Assembly: GCA_964016885.1 (NCBI GenBank)
Contig: OZ024742.1
Span: 321,656,001 to 321,720,000, forward strand
Reading direction: 5' to 3'
DNA from: Eledone cirrhosa
Lineage: Eukaryota
DNA length: 64,000 nt
How positions within the stretch are numbered: the first letter of the stretch is position 1; each line of letters starts with the position of its first letter. This document shows positions 31,562 to 46,899 of the stretch, in pieces. Below the pieces are notes generated by a model. It did not search any database and had not been told where the DNA came from. It worked only from the letters and a program-made list of their open reading frames with translations. Both the position numbers and the translations under genes were made by a program.

Positions 31562-31889
31562 CGAAGGTCATCTGTTCCAAGGCTGGATAATATCCCAACA
31601 CTGGATAATATTCATCATTATTATTGTTATTACTATGCGTCAAAGCAACAATAATAATAATTGTTTCTACTTTAGGCACAAGGCCAGCAATTACCCAGTG
31701 CAGTACCAGTAATGCACTGGGTAATTGCTGGCCTTGTGCCTAAAGTAGAAACAATTATTATTATTGTTGCTTTGACGCATAGAGGTTAACTTTGCCGTTC
31801 ATCCTTACGGGGTCGATAAAATAAAGTACCAGTAATACACTGAGATAATTGCTGGCCTTGTGCCAAAAGTAGAAACAATTATTATTGTT

Positions 31890-33354
31890 GGTCTCATTCT
31901 TCCGCACTTTTCAGTTCTGCATGTTTTACCCTCTCTATTCAAGACATTTCTGCAGGCCACTCTATCTGCTGCACATGATTCAAGATTTTTGTAGGATATG
32001 TTAAGGTATTTTAAGTCCGCTTTTAGAGAGTCTCTGTATGTCCTCCTTGGCTTACTATTTCTTGGGAATGCGTCCGTCCCCCATACGAATCATGTGACCT
32101 GTCCATCTTAACTGATTATCAATAAGCATAGCTTGAATAGATCTAAATTTTGCCCTAACAAGAATCTCAGTGTCTGGAACGAATGTGTTCCAGCTTATTT
32201 TGAGTATATGCCGGGGGCATTTTTGGTGAAACTGCTCCAACATCTTAATATGCGGTAAGTACAGCGTCCATGTCTCGGATGAATACGAAAGTACGGAGAG
32301 TACACAGGAGACGTATATCTTAGTCCCGAATTTAATGTGACGTTGTGACTAGAATTTAATTTATAGTCGACCAAAGGCATTCGCGGACTTTTGTATACGA
32401 GATGTAATTTCAGTATTCCTTTTGCCATCAACTTGCATCCTACTGCCAAGGTATTCAAAGGAGGTCGCCGTCCTTAGCTTTGAACCCTTAACGCATGCAT
32501 TGTGCCCTTAACGAAATGCATCAACTAGCAACAGCAGGTTGATGTATCACAACAGTCTTTTTTTTAATAAATAAAAAACCGAACACATCACAAGCAATGT
32601 CGAGATCACTAATCAGGCTTTGTAAAACGTCCTTAGTGTGACTTATTAGGTCGCAATCATCTAGAAGGTCACGGATCAAAGAGGTGAAGACTTAAGATTT
32701 GAATCTCATTCTAGACAAATTGAACACATTGCCTGAAGAGCGATATCGGACTGTTAATGTTCCAAAGGCATTTGACAACATCGCTTCAAAATAGATAGCA
32801 AAGAGTGTTGGTGCTTCAATGTTGCCCTGATTTACTCTATTTTCCACTGCGAATGGTTCTGAAAGAGCACCACCAAACTTTATATGGGCCTTCATATCCT
32901 TATGAAGGGCCTTAATCAGATTCACAAACTTTTCAGGAAAGCCAAATATTTTCAACACCAACAACAATGCAGTCTTGTTAACAGTGTCGAATGCTTTGCT
33001 GAGCTCTACTAAGCATTCAACCCCATGTTTTGCCCTGTGAATTTTTCTTGTAGCTTGCGGATAGTGAAAATCATATCAACTGTCCCGCGTTCGGAGCGAA
33101 ATCACACTGTGATTCTGACACAGCTCTAGGAACGATGGATTTGTGAAGACGTTCTGGAAGAACATCCGAGAGTACTTTCCACCAACGATAACAAACATAT
33201 GCCGCCGCGAAAGTTACCACATAAATCTTTAGGTCCAGATTTAAGTAGTGATGAAAAAATAGCATCGACCCAGTCCTGTAGTACCTCCTCCGCTCCCAAC
33301 AAAAGTAGTGAGTGAAGCATTTGGATCGTTCTTTTTCCACCAAATCCCAATATT

Positions 33355-33355
<1 letters not shown>
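31890..33355 (-). pseudogene. Decayed RTE-clade LINE (RT and C-terminal part)
   Basis: ORF fragments SESQCDF, GFPEKFVNLIKALH, NQGNIEAPTLFAIYF, LEQFHQKC..HILKISW, QLRWTGHMIRMGDGRIPKK. Confidence 0.85.
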
Positions 33356-33435
<80 letters not shown>

Positions 33436-33679
33436 GTATGTAACGTATGTTATATATATATATATAACAAAGAAAGTGTGGCAAGAAACCAGGTGCACCA
33501 TTGCGTACCAGAGTACTCGATACTTAGGGCAGTAGAGTGGGTAATAGGAAAAGAGTCAGGATCCGTGTTCGGATCTAGCTCTCGAAACGGCCGGAGCTCA
33601 GCCGTCGGGGTCCTGACTCTGTTCCTATATATATATATGTATATATATATATATGTGTGTGTGTGTGTATACATATATG

Positions 33680-33713
<34 letters not shown>

Positions 33714-33717
33714 TATG

Positions 33718-36700
33718 TCAAGTTGCTCTTGAGTGCTACTGGTAACATGTAACCCAGTACAACCTGTCTCATGGTCGGGTCTTCGCCGACTAAACCGGCA
33801 ACCCCACCAAGCTTGCTTGGTGGGGAGGGTGATATTTTGACACCCTGCTGGATGAAATACAAGACCCGGCAAAGGGCGGAGGAACTCAGCATAGTCAACG
33901 GCCTTCTAAATAGTACTTTTTTTCTTTTCTTACCTGGGAGTGAAGGGACCCCAGTTGTTGTCACAACACCTTTCTAGGAGAGGGAAACTCCGAAAAAAAA
34001 CCTGCGGATTCGGAAGCATCCGATGATGTTGACCAGTTCTCTTTTTCGGGTAGTGTTTTCTATGCTCAGAGAGTGGGATTGGTCGAGTGCAAGGCCTTTC
34101 CCCACTTAAAAAACCTTCAAAGCACAGGCATCACTTGTTCAGGATCTGTTACAGGTTCGTGTGGCTGGCCGTAGCCTAAAATTGCACCAAACTCTATGAT
34201 GACAGATGATAATCTTGAAGTCAATGGCAGTAAGGGCTCTGTAACTTATTGTGAAGGGTCTGGCTCGCAGGTGTCGCATGGCACCGCAGCGTGAGCCCGG
34301 TCGTCATCCTACAACTGCAAAGAGGTTCAAACCTCTGAATATTGGATGCTGCAATGTAAGAACTTTACTTGATTCTCAGTCCAGTGAAACTCGCCCTGAA
34401 AGAAGATCTGCTTTGGTGTCGAGGGAACTCAATTGCTATAGCATGGATATCGTTGCTCTTTTAGAAATGAGATTGGCAGGTGAGGGTCAATTCACAGAAC
34501 AGAAGGGAGGATATACCTTCTATTGGAGTGGTGGAGCAGTGGGTTGTAGGAGAGAGGCAGGGGTCGCATTTGCTGTCAGGAATGGAATCGTCTCAAAGCT
34601 GTAAAATCTTCCTTGTGGATTCAATGATCGGATAATGTGCATGAGAGTCCCTCTGATTCAAAACAGCTTTGTGACTCTGGTCAGTGTGTACTACGCTCCT
34701 ACTATGTGTGGCCAGTGATGATGAAAAACTAAGTTTCTACATGTCTTTGAGAGACGTCATCCATGGTATACCTTATGCAGACAAGATTTCATCCTTGGTG
34801 ATTTTAATGCACGTGTTGGTAATGACTGGGAAGCTTGGAGTGTGATGGGCAAGCATGGAGTAGGTAAGTGCAATAACAATGGCCTACTTCTGTTGCAGAT
34901 GTGCACTGAGATGGATCTTGTTGTTGGGAACACGCTCTTTCAGCAGAAAGACAAATATAAGACAACTTGGATGCATCCAGGTTCTAAGAAGTAGCACCTT
35001 ATTGACTTTGTTTTAACGAGGAAACGTGATATCAGGGATATTACATTGGTTCGTGTATTGCGAGGCGCGGAATGTTGGTCTGGTGCGCGCCAAATTTCAA
35101 TTTGTTGTGAAGCCCAAAGTAAGGGGGAAGAAGGTTGCACTTCCAAAACTACTAAACGTGGCTCGTCTGAAAACAGAGAAGGTCAGAGCTGAGCTGTCGA
35201 AGTCCCTTGAGTTCATGGAATGTGAAAACACGTGGGAATCATTGAAGAAAACCGTCTATGATGTTAGTGCTGGAGTTTTGGGCCATACCAATAGAAAGCA
35301 TAAAGACTGGTTCGATGAAAATGATACAGTGATCCAGACCTTGCTTGAAGAGAAACAAAAAGTGCTGACATCATTGTTGTGTGAGACACGTTCTGCAACA
35401 TCGATTGAGAGCCATGCAGGATACCTGGTGGAGCCAAAAGTCTGATGAAATCCAGACGGCCTCAGATAGACATGATACAAAGCTCCTATGCAGTCTGCTC
35501 AGGGAGGTGTATGGTCCGACCGGGTCACAAATATCACCACTTCGCTCCAGGGACGGCAAGGAATTGCTCAGAGATCCGAAGGAAATCCTGATCAGGTGGC
35601 ATGACCAATTTGATGAGCTTCTCTACAGACCATCAGAAATTGATGATGAGTTCATCTGGTCGATTCCATCAAGACCTACAAAGCTGGCAATGGCTGATCC
35701 TCCTTCATTTGATGAGGTGGCGAAGGCCATTGTCAAATTAAACAGCGGCAAGTCATTTGGAATGGATGGACTGAGTACCGAGATTTTCAAGTGTGCTGGT
35801 GATAATTTCTTAAACCGACTCACTGATCTCTTTGTGAATGTTTGGAATGAAGAAGATGCGCCACAGGACTGGAAAGATGCATTGATGGTGGTACTTTACA
35901 AAGGAAAGGGAGCCAAAGATGACGGTGGCAACTACATGGGTATCTCGCTGCTATCTGTGGCTGGGAAGATCTTGTTCAGGATATTGTTGGACAGATTGAT
36001 ACAACACATTGCTGTTGAGGTACTTCCTGAGTCCCAATGTGGCTTTAGGAATGGCAGAGGCACTGTTGACATGATCTTCTCGGCCAAACAACTTCAAGAG
36101 AAATGCATTGAGCAGCGCATGGACTTATACCAAGTTTTTGTACGATCTGACATAAGCATTTAACACCGTTAATCGGAAGGCTTTGTGGGTTATTTTGGAG
36201 AGATTAGGCTGTCCTGAAAAGTTTGTGAACATTCTGAAACTCTTCCACGATGACATGCAGGCATGGGTGAATGTTGGAGGTAAACTGTCTGAACCAATCT
36301 CGGTTGAAAATGGTGTCAAGCAGGGTGATATACCTGCACCAACTTTGTTTGCGTTGTATTTCGCAATGGTGTTCTTCGTGATCTTCAGGGATTGTCAACA
36401 CAGTATCTATCTCAGATATCGCACTTCCGGCAAGCTGTTTAACCTTAGGCGTCTCACTGCCAACACTAAGTTAAAGAGTACCTTATGGATTCTTTTTCCA
36501 ATGCGTGCAGTGCTTTGGGACTGACAATCAGTCTGAAGAAGACTGTCGTCATGTACCAACCTGCTCCGGATAAAGTTTTCAATTAACCCTCCATACACGT
36601 ATACGGTCAAAAACTGAAGGCTGCTGACACATTTGTGTATTTGGAGAGTACTCTGAGTGTGGTCTGTTCTCTGGATGCAGAAGTTGGTCTACGTGTTAGT

Positions 36701-37567
36701 GAGGCAAGTGAGTCATTTGGAAGGCTCAACGACCGTCTTTGGTGCAGGCGAGGGATCACAATGAGGACCAAGGTGAGAGTGTATGCTGCATGTGTACTGT
36801 CAGCATTGCTGTATGCATGTGAGACATGCGTTGCCTACAAACGGCATATCCACAGAATGGAACGGTTTCACCAGCAGTGTCTCAGAATGATGCTCGCTAT
36901 CAAGTGGCAGATGCATGTGAGTGATGTTGAGGTCCTTGAGAGAAGTGAGTGTCGGAGCATTGAGAGTATCATCCACCAACAGCGTTTGCGATGGACCGGA
37001 CACCTCTGCAGAATGGAGGATGATCGAATCCCAAAACAACTCTTGTATGGCGAACTTTGTGAGCCAAGGCTTCGATTCAAGGATTGTGTAAAGGACTCAT
37101 TGAAAAAAAATGGCTTAATGATGGCTGACTGGGAGATAGAAACTCTTGAAAGAGAAACTTGGCGTGGAATGATGAATGATGGGGTCCATAATTTTGAGGA
37201 CAGACGCATAGAGCACGAGAAGATCAAAAGGGATGTGCGTAAGCAATGCCCTGGTGTATCTCTCGAAACGATCGGTGTCTCCATTGAATTGAAGTGCCCT
37301 GAGTGTGGAAAAATTTGCTTGAGCAAATCTGGTCTCAGGAGCCACAGTCACAGCCAGGTTCAAAGAGAACCAGTGAACTACGATCTCCACGGTGTTGTGA
37401 GGGTTCACGGGCAACCTGATGCGGGACCTCAAGCCAGGGAGATCCATAGTTGTCGTCAGTGTGTGAAGGAGTGCAAGTCTCTAGCAGGCTTGAAAAGCCA
37501 TATCCGAGCGTCCCACATCTGAATCTGACAAGCAATTGCAATACTCTTGGCAGAGTTTGCAGCCATC
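33718..37567 (+). mobile_element. Near full-length decayed RTE (BovB-like) LINE: 5' UTR, APE endonuclease, RT, two C2H2-like fingers
   Basis: NIGCCNVRTL..RPERRSALV (EN); LPESQCGFRNGRGTVDMIF and VKQGDIPAPTLF (RT); CPECGK...HSHS and CRQC...HIRASH. Broken by stops and frameshifts. Confidence 0.92.
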
Positions 37568-37612
37568 ATATATATATGTATGTATGTGTATGTGTGTATA
37601 CGTATAGATGTA

Positions 37613-37677
<65 letters not shown>

Positions 37678-37761
37678 GTATATATATATATTCTAAGGCG
37701 GGTAAAATTCCCGAGATCCATGGATGAGTTCTCTCCACCGGTCTCTGCCCCTCATTATCGC

Positions 37762-37814
<53 letters not shown>

Positions 37815-37899
37815 TGCACGTGTGTGTGTGTGTGTTAAGGGCGGAAGAAGCGATTCTTTGCTTAAATTTTAATCTGTTCTTATAATAAATATATATATT

Positions 37900-37968
<69 letters not shown>

Positions 37969-37985
37969 GTGTGTGTATATATATA

Positions 37986-38088
<103 letters not shown>

Positions 38089-38178
38089 ATATGACACCGC
38101 CAATATACGACCTAAGGAACAATTCATAGCTACTCCATCTTTTCTCAGATGTGTATGTTTATGTATGAACACACACAC

Positions 38179-38215
<37 letters not shown>

Positions 38216-38216
38216 C

Positions 38217-38295
<79 letters not shown>

Positions 38296-38440
38296 ATATA
38301 TACATACATGGAAAGTTATATTTAAATTGTTGGGTTACAACTACTAAATATTTATAACTGATATAAAAGCACTCAACAAGTATTTGGAGTATATTTACGA
38401 TATTAAATAAATGGAAACTATATTTATAAAACCATATTTA

Positions 38441-38502
38441 TTTCATTATATATATTTCAGGGATATCATATTAACAATATGTTATGCCTTCTTCAGACAA
38501 AA
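38441..38502 (-). ncRNA. Type I hammerhead, family B
   Basis: UUUUGU-CUGAAGA-AGGCAUA...UAUCCCU-GAAAUAUAUAUA-AUGAAA. Confidence 0.65.
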
Positions 38503-38894
38503 TACAATATAGACAGTTTTATAGATAAATAGATTTGACATACCGTTCAACATCGACTTGTATTTGAAAAATCAACTTTTTCAAATAGACTAAAATCCAA
38601 AGAGGGCTCGATAAGGAAAATATATATGAAATATATAAGAACCGTAGAGCAAATATTTATTAAAATATATATATATATATATGTGTGTGTGTATATATAT
38701 ATAACGAAGGAAATGTGATAAGGAACCAGATGGGCCATAACACACCAAAGTACTCAATACTTAGGGTAGTAAAGTGGGTAATAGGAACGAGTAGGACCCC
38801 GACGGCTGAGCTCAAGCCGTTTCGACGGCATATTTTAGTCCAGAATTAGCCGTCGAAACGGCTTGAGCTCAGCCGTCGGGGTCCTACTCGTTTC

Positions 38895-38984
<90 letters not shown>

Positions 38985-39179
38985 TATACATATATACATA
39001 TATATATATATACATATACAAGTTAATATAAATTAATATATATGATAAAACACAAATACCAACATATAAGTGTTTGTATTGTAAATGACTAAGTTAGCTA
39101 GATTGAAAAATACTAATTATATATATACATATATATATATGTATATATATGTATATATATATATATATATATGTATATG

Positions 39180-39289
<110 letters not shown>

Positions 39290-40566
39290 CATACATAAAC
39301 ATACACATCTGAGAAAAGATGGAGTAGCTATGAATTGTTCCTTAGGTCGTATATTGGCGGTGTCATTCATGACCAAATTATAAACCTAAATGGTACCGAG
39401 CTATAAATACACCATATATATATATGGAGGATATTAATCATCATAACAGACACACCAGAAGACCTCGAGATGGTTAAAGGAGATCTAACAAATAGCAGAC
39501 GACTACAATGCAACTGCCACATCTTGTAAACTTTACTTCAAATGTCATATCAGCTGTAAAAGTTTAACAGTTTCTATTTCCCGTATCATTTAGAATAGCC
39601 CCTCTCTATTGCGGTTATAATTACATACATATGTGTTTATATGTATGGTCCCGTAACTCCTGATAGAGTCGTAGGGGCGCCGTAGTGACATACGACGTTT
39701 CTTGGGCATTTTAAGCCTGGCGGAGCCCATCCCTCTCTCCAGACCTACCCATCTCTATTACAAACAGTTAACACTGTTCAGAACATTCCCATTAAGCTGG
39801 TGTTTGCAACATAACTTAACAAAGGTTCTTACAGAATCTTATGACGGGAAGCTTTTAGATAAATATAATATGTAGGAACACAGGATCGTGTATGCCTGCA
39901 GGGGTGACCCTTTAAGAGAAACACCTTAGGCCACCTATTGGCAGTCATAAAATATGGGGTTTTATTGCTATTGCCACGAATTATTCCGCAATGTCGAAAC
40001 CATATTGAAGCCTGTAAAATAATTTTTGATTTCTTTTCTCAAAAAACCAAGGTCGAGCTTTACACCAGATTGACTTCTGCACAGAAACACATATAGTCGT
40101 GGGTGAGAGTGTGTGCATGAGGATGAAAGAAAGAGGGGGAGCAGAAAAGAAAGAAAGATAGAAAGAAAGAAAGAGATACAGAAAAAAGAGAATTATGAGA
40201 AAGAGAGAGATTAAGATAAAGGTACATTCATAATATTTTTCACCAAAAATGTTTTTCAATTTCTAACAATTTTCTTTCTCGCTTCTCTCTCGCTCTTTCT
40301 CTTCCTCTCGTTCTCTTACTATCTACATTTCTTTTTTTCCTCAGCCTCTTTCTCTCTCACACCCTCACTCTCTCTCTCTCCCTCCCCATCCCACTCACTC
40401 TCTCTTTCCCTCTTCACATATTACTTCAGGCATTGTGACCTTCATTTTCTGGGAGTTAACGTGACAATACTAATTGATTTTATATGTGTACACACACACA
40501 CATACACACACGCACACACACGCATACACACATGTATATAAATACACATATATACATATACATATA

Positions 40567-40763
<197 letters not shown>

Positions 40764-40916
40764 TACATACATACATATATACATATATATAACAGCAGGC
40801 GCATCCACACATATATTTATGCGCTGTTTCGGATATATAGAGATATAAAACGTATATATCAATGAAGGTAATAATAATAATAATATTTATAATAATTGAT
40901 TCTATATTTAATAATG

Positions 40917-41825
40917 TTTTCTTTATTAACCACAAGGGTTTACATAAAGTAGACATTAAGGACAGTACAGGACAATACAGGACGGTACAAATGGGCATTT
41001 CTGCGTGTAAAAAAAACAGAGGATGAAATAAAATAACAAAGAAAAATTCCCCAATAGGGGGGAGACTTCCGAGGGACATTTGTGGAGAAAGCCCAGTAAA
41101 AAGCCACAATGACCCTGACCACCAAGGCAAGTGCCCTCTCCCAGTTTTCCACCTTTAATTTACAGATATATACTCAGAGTAGGCCCATTCACTCGGGCCA
41201 TTCTTGCTTCTCTCACCCATCTTTCAACAAAATGCTGGGAAGAGAGCACTTCCCTCTCTGCCCTGATTTTCCTTTTCAGATGAAATTTGAAAAAGTCAAT
41301 CAGAACATCACCGAAGAGGTAAGTGCTCGTCTTCAGCCCTTTCAAGCGTGTCCACCATACTATCTCTTTCGCCATGGTCACTATACAGATAAAAACTGCC
41401 TGCCCTTCCCGGCTAAAGGAGGAGGGCGGGGCAATCCTCACGATGGACTCAGATGATAGCTGGATCCGTCCTACACGTGACAGCAGGTGTTCGACATAAA
41501 CCCACAAGTCAGCAATGCTCGGACACTGGACGAGTGCGTGCAGGACGGTTTCGTCGCCCTGTGCGCATCTCGGACATGCCCGGCTGACGGCACCTCCATG
41601 CCTGTAAAGTTTATCCCGAACTGGCAAAGCACCCCAGTAGCACTGCCAGGCCAGGGATTTCTGGAAGTTGTCCATAGGCCCCGGCCCGAAAGTCCTTCCG
41701 AAGAGATTGGCTAGTTGATTTTCGTCGACGCCTAGAGTTTCTCCAAGTACGTCGTCGCTCTTCCCCTCCACTAATCCCCTATAGAACGCCAAGGTGGAGT
41801 TTCCACCGATCACATTGCCCGATTG
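40917..41825 (-). mobile_element. 5'-truncated L1/Tx1-like copy, nearly identical to the 58656-59583 segment
   Basis: ORF 41160-41813 matches the last 217 aa of ORF2; same 3' UTR; degenerate (ATT)n tail. Confidence 0.93.
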
Positions 41826-41990
41826 ATTTCTTTATTGGCCACAAGGGCTGACATCGAGAAAAACATTACAGACGACACAGTACGGTACAGGACGGTACGA
41901 TGTGGGTTTTGTGCGTGTAAAGATTTTTATTATTTATATAAGAAACGAAAAAGAAAAAAGACACAGAAACATATATTTAATAATAGTAAA
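41826..41990 (-). mobile_element. 3' UTR fragment of a related LINE subfamily
   Basis: Minus strand ends CCCTTGTGGCCAATAAAGAAATC and shares GTACCGTCCTGTA with the main 3' UTR. Confidence 0.65.
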
Positions 41991-42130
41991 AAAAACACTC
42001 AAATGCAACGAGAATATTTTGATGCAAAGTTCACATAAAGTGCCGAATACATTTGTACATAATAGAATGAGGGAGAAATTCACAGCATATGTAATATATA
42101 TATATATATATATATATCTCTATCTATCTA

Positions 42131-42234
<104 letters not shown>

Positions 42235-42370
42235 CGAGCGTATTTATATGTAAAAGGTAAACAGAAATTACAACACAAATGGTACAGTATATGGAAGGAA
42301 TATATTTGTTTAACGCTTCAAATAGCAGTAGGAGGATATTCACATTTCGGACGCTAGTCCTTCATCAGAA

Positions 42371-42435
<65 letters not shown>

Positions 42436-42504
42436 AAAAGAGTCAGGACCCCGACTGCTGAGCCCCGGTCATGGTCAACCTTGTTCCTTACCACACTTTC
42501 CTTG

Positions 42505-42567
<63 letters not shown>

Positions 42568-43248
42568 GATTTGGGTATATATATATATAGGGTCACCCAA
42601 AAAATGTATACACACTTCAACACCATTCTAATAATATATTGCCTGTACAGGTAATAACTGTGTATACATTTTCTGGGTACACCCTGTGTATATATTATAC
42701 TATAAACATTTATATACATAGGTATATGCATATTTTATATATTCTTTTACTAGTTTCAGTCATTAGATGCGAACATGCTAAGGCACATACATATTGCATA
42801 CACATGCACACACATATAATACATATAAATATACACATACATGGGCATACAAATACATGAAACTTAAGTATCTATGCATATATGTTTAAATAAGTACACG
42901 TGTGTACAAATAAATAGGTATGTATATACGAATATACATATTTATGTATATACGTATATATATATTTATGTATATTCGTATATTTATATATATATATATA
43001 TATGAACGTACGTATGCATGTATATATGTACTTATGTATGTATGTATGTATGTATGTATGTATGTATGTATGTACTTATGTATGTGTGCATGTATTAGCA
43101 TAGCTCTCTATACATACATATGCATATACCATCACGTAAGCATACACAGACACACACGGACACACAGATACACAGACCCACTGACACATACAGACTCACA
43201 GAGACATTCACGCAAACACATACACAGACACAGACACAAACACAGACA

Positions 43249-43286
<38 letters not shown>

Positions 43287-43738
43287 GTAAGAGTGAACGA
43301 GAGTGTGTGAGGAATTACGATAACGATGAATAGCATCGGGGTTATTCGGTACAGTATGATGGTAAAATTAATCAGAGGAACACAACAGAATGTGACGTAG
43401 TTGGGCTGAAACCCCTGTCACCGTAAATAGACGTAAAACGATACTGAAGACTTGATTATGGAAGCCTTGAAGCGTCATTACCAACTTCTTGGTTTTTTCT
43501 GTAATTTTTTTTGTTTCTTTTATAATCATTAATTTTTTTCATGTGTGAATGTATCTCCCTCTCTCTCTCTCACTCTCTCTCTCTCTACCTCTCTCTCTCG
43601 CTCTCTCTTTCTCTTTTTTTTTCCAAGGGAAGCTAAGAAGTTCACGGAACTGGAAGAGAATACGTATAAATGGGTGAGTGCATGTACATATAGAAATGTA
43701 AGTATATATGTATGAAAGTATATACATACTTGCACACA

Positions 43739-43823
<85 letters not shown>

Positions 43824-44093
43824 CACACACATATATATATATATATATATACATGCATATACACATATATATATATAAATACATATACACACATATATAT
43901 ATATATATATGTCTAGATATATATATTTATATATATGTATATATATATATATGTGTATATAAATATACATATATGTGTGTATTTTCATTTATACCTTGCA
44001 TCTTTTTTTTACATCATGATTTATGAATGAAAGAGGTTATTTTTAAAGTGCATTTATATATTGATACGCATAGACACATGTATATATATATAT

Positions 44094-44173
<80 letters not shown>

Positions 44174-44211
44174 TGTATATATATATATTGTGTGTGTGTC
44201 TATATATATAG

Positions 44212-44305
<94 letters not shown>

Positions 44306-44346
44306 ATATATATATATATATATTGTGTGTGTGTCTATATATATAG

Positions 44347-44388
<42 letters not shown>

Positions 44389-44543
44389 ATGTGTGTGTGT
44401 GTGTAACACATATATAGTAATATATGTGTTCATGTTTTTCCTTATTGATAATTTCTAACGTTGATATGCAAATATGATACAAAAGCATACATGCTTATAT
44501 GTGTATGTATACATATATATACATATTATATATATATATATAC

Positions 44544-44595
<52 letters not shown>

Positions 44596-44679
44596 CATAT
44601 TCATATGTAAACATCAGCCCCTATATTGTAAATGAATATCTGTGAATATATGAATATAATCATGTTATATACAAGTATA

Positions 44680-44777
<98 letters not shown>

Positions 44778-44807
44778 AAAGAGGGAGAGAGTGATTTTTA
44801 GATAGAT

Positions 44808-45180
44808 ATATTTCTTTATTAGCCACAGGGGCACAAAAGAAGGGGACAAATACAAAGGGGGAAGTTTACATACAATAAAAACGTGTAAAATGTTATCACA
44901 GATGGAATTTAAAAGTTAGTCGATTTTCCCCAATAGAGGGAGACAGTTTATATGGGTAACACAGACCCCCGAAAAAAATGTGCAACCCTCATCTCCAGGA
45001 GTACGAAGAGCTTGTACTCCTTTCCTCTCCTCCTCCTTTTCCTCAACCTACAGGCTGATATAGAGAGAAGGCCCATTCACTCGGGCCATTCTCGCCACTT
45101 TCACCCACCTTTCATAAAACTTGCTGGGGTACAGCACCTCTCTCTCCATCCTGATTCTTCTTCCAAAGTGGTATTTGAGA
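44808..45180 (-). mobile_element. Short 3' fragment of L1/Tx1-like LINE with TATC-type flank
   Basis: RIRMEREVLYPSKFYERWVKVARMARVNGPSLYISL; ends CCCCTGTGGCTAATAAAGAAATATATCTATC. Confidence 0.8.
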
Positions 45181-45332
45181 CCTCATGGGGTGCTAAACGA
45201 ATTCCCTAATTCGAGCATATCTATATATGAAGTCTAGGGAATATTTATGCATGCACATATACATGTATACATGCATATATATATGAGTATGTGTGTATGT
45301 GTGTGTGTGTGTGCCTATATGGATATGTATCA

Positions 45333-45368
<36 letters not shown>

Positions 45369-45808
45369 TATGTGTGCATGTATGTATGTATGTATGTATG
45401 TATGTATGTATGTATGTATGTATAATGTATGTATGTATATATATATATACCACTCGCACTCCAGACACTCCACTTCATCCCTTCCATTCTACTTTACTCA
45501 GGAGAAAGAAAGCAAGAAAAAAAGAATGGAAAGAAAAGCTGAAATCGGTCAGATCATCGATCGAAGGTGAATCAGGACAAATTCATATGTATGTATATAT
45601 ATATATACATATATATATACATTATTGTATATATATATATGTGCTCTGTGTATATATATATATATACAACAATATAATTGTTTACTTAAAGTATATTAGA
45701 CGACATGCATTTGTAAATCCACAAGTGTGTAGAAACCCGTTGTGAAGCTTTCAAGTATCTACGCATGAATATTTATATTCTTCATATACACGTATATACT
45801 CACGCACA

Positions 45809-45900
<92 letters not shown>

Positions 45901-45955
45901 TATATATATTAAAATACAAATATTAATAAAATAGATGTTCTTTTGATCAATTACA

Positions 45956-46006
45956 TTTTATTATACATATTTCGGATGTACAACAGTACGTCCTCATCAG
46001 ACAAAA
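45956..46006 (-). ncRNA. Type I hammerhead, family B variant
   Basis: UUUUGU-CUGAUGA-GGACGUAC-UGUU-GUACAUCC-GAAAUAUGUAUA-AUAAAA. Confidence 0.7.
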
Positions 46007-46077
46007 TATAATGATACATGACATACCCTGAGATGTTAAATGGTTAAGATTTAATCAAGGTAGTGATTAACCCTATA

Positions 46078-46170
<93 letters not shown>

Positions 46171-46599
46171 GTGTGTGTGTGTGTATTATGTATGTATGTA
46201 CATAGACAGGAAGAAAATTAATCGTTTCTTTCTAATTTAGGCGCAAGTCTAGCAATCTTAGGGCAGCGAGAAATCGATTATATCGAACAGTTTACATTAC
46301 AGATACTTTGTTTTATGATCCATGGAAGGGTGAACCGTAAAGATGACCTCGGTGTGATTTGAAACTAAATAATAATAATAATGTAATAATTGTTTCTACT
46401 TTTGGCACAAGGCCACCAATTATCCAGTATATTACTGGTACTTTATTTTATCGATCCCGTAAGGATCAACGGCAAAGTTAACCTCGGTGGGATTTGAACT
46501 CAGACCGTAAAGGGACATAATTATGCTGGAAAGCATGGCGCACGACCCTCTGCTGATACTGCCACACAAGGACAACAATTTTGAGGGAAGGGAAAATCG

Positions 46600-46860
46600 A
46601 TTAAAGTGGACACCTTCAAGTACCTAGGCACCACTTTTAGTCAGGACGGCAGATCAGTAACAGGAAATAATGCTATCACTTTGCCTGGACTCTTCTCACA
46701 TGACGCAGCTGAAATCGTACGGAAAAGTAACGCCATTATTTTTCCAATGAAGCTCAAATTGTACAAGTCCCTGGTGACTTCGATCCTTCTGGACTTTTAC
46801 AGCCGACATGGAGCATTTCACCACAAGTACCCCAGAAGGCTGCTTCAAATATCCATCTAT
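46600..46860 (+). pseudogene. Small non-LTR RT C-terminal fragment
   Basis: FKYLGT...KLKLYKSLVTSILL...FHHKYPRRLLQIS. Confidence 0.55.
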
Positions 46861-46899
46861 AATATGATTTATAAGCAGTATAGTAAATTAGCTTAATTA

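Noticed and set aside
40790-40862. Minus-strand GAAACAGC...GCTGTT with upstream hairpin
   Set aside because: No 5' core is visible because the LINE tail abuts it; too incomplete to call.
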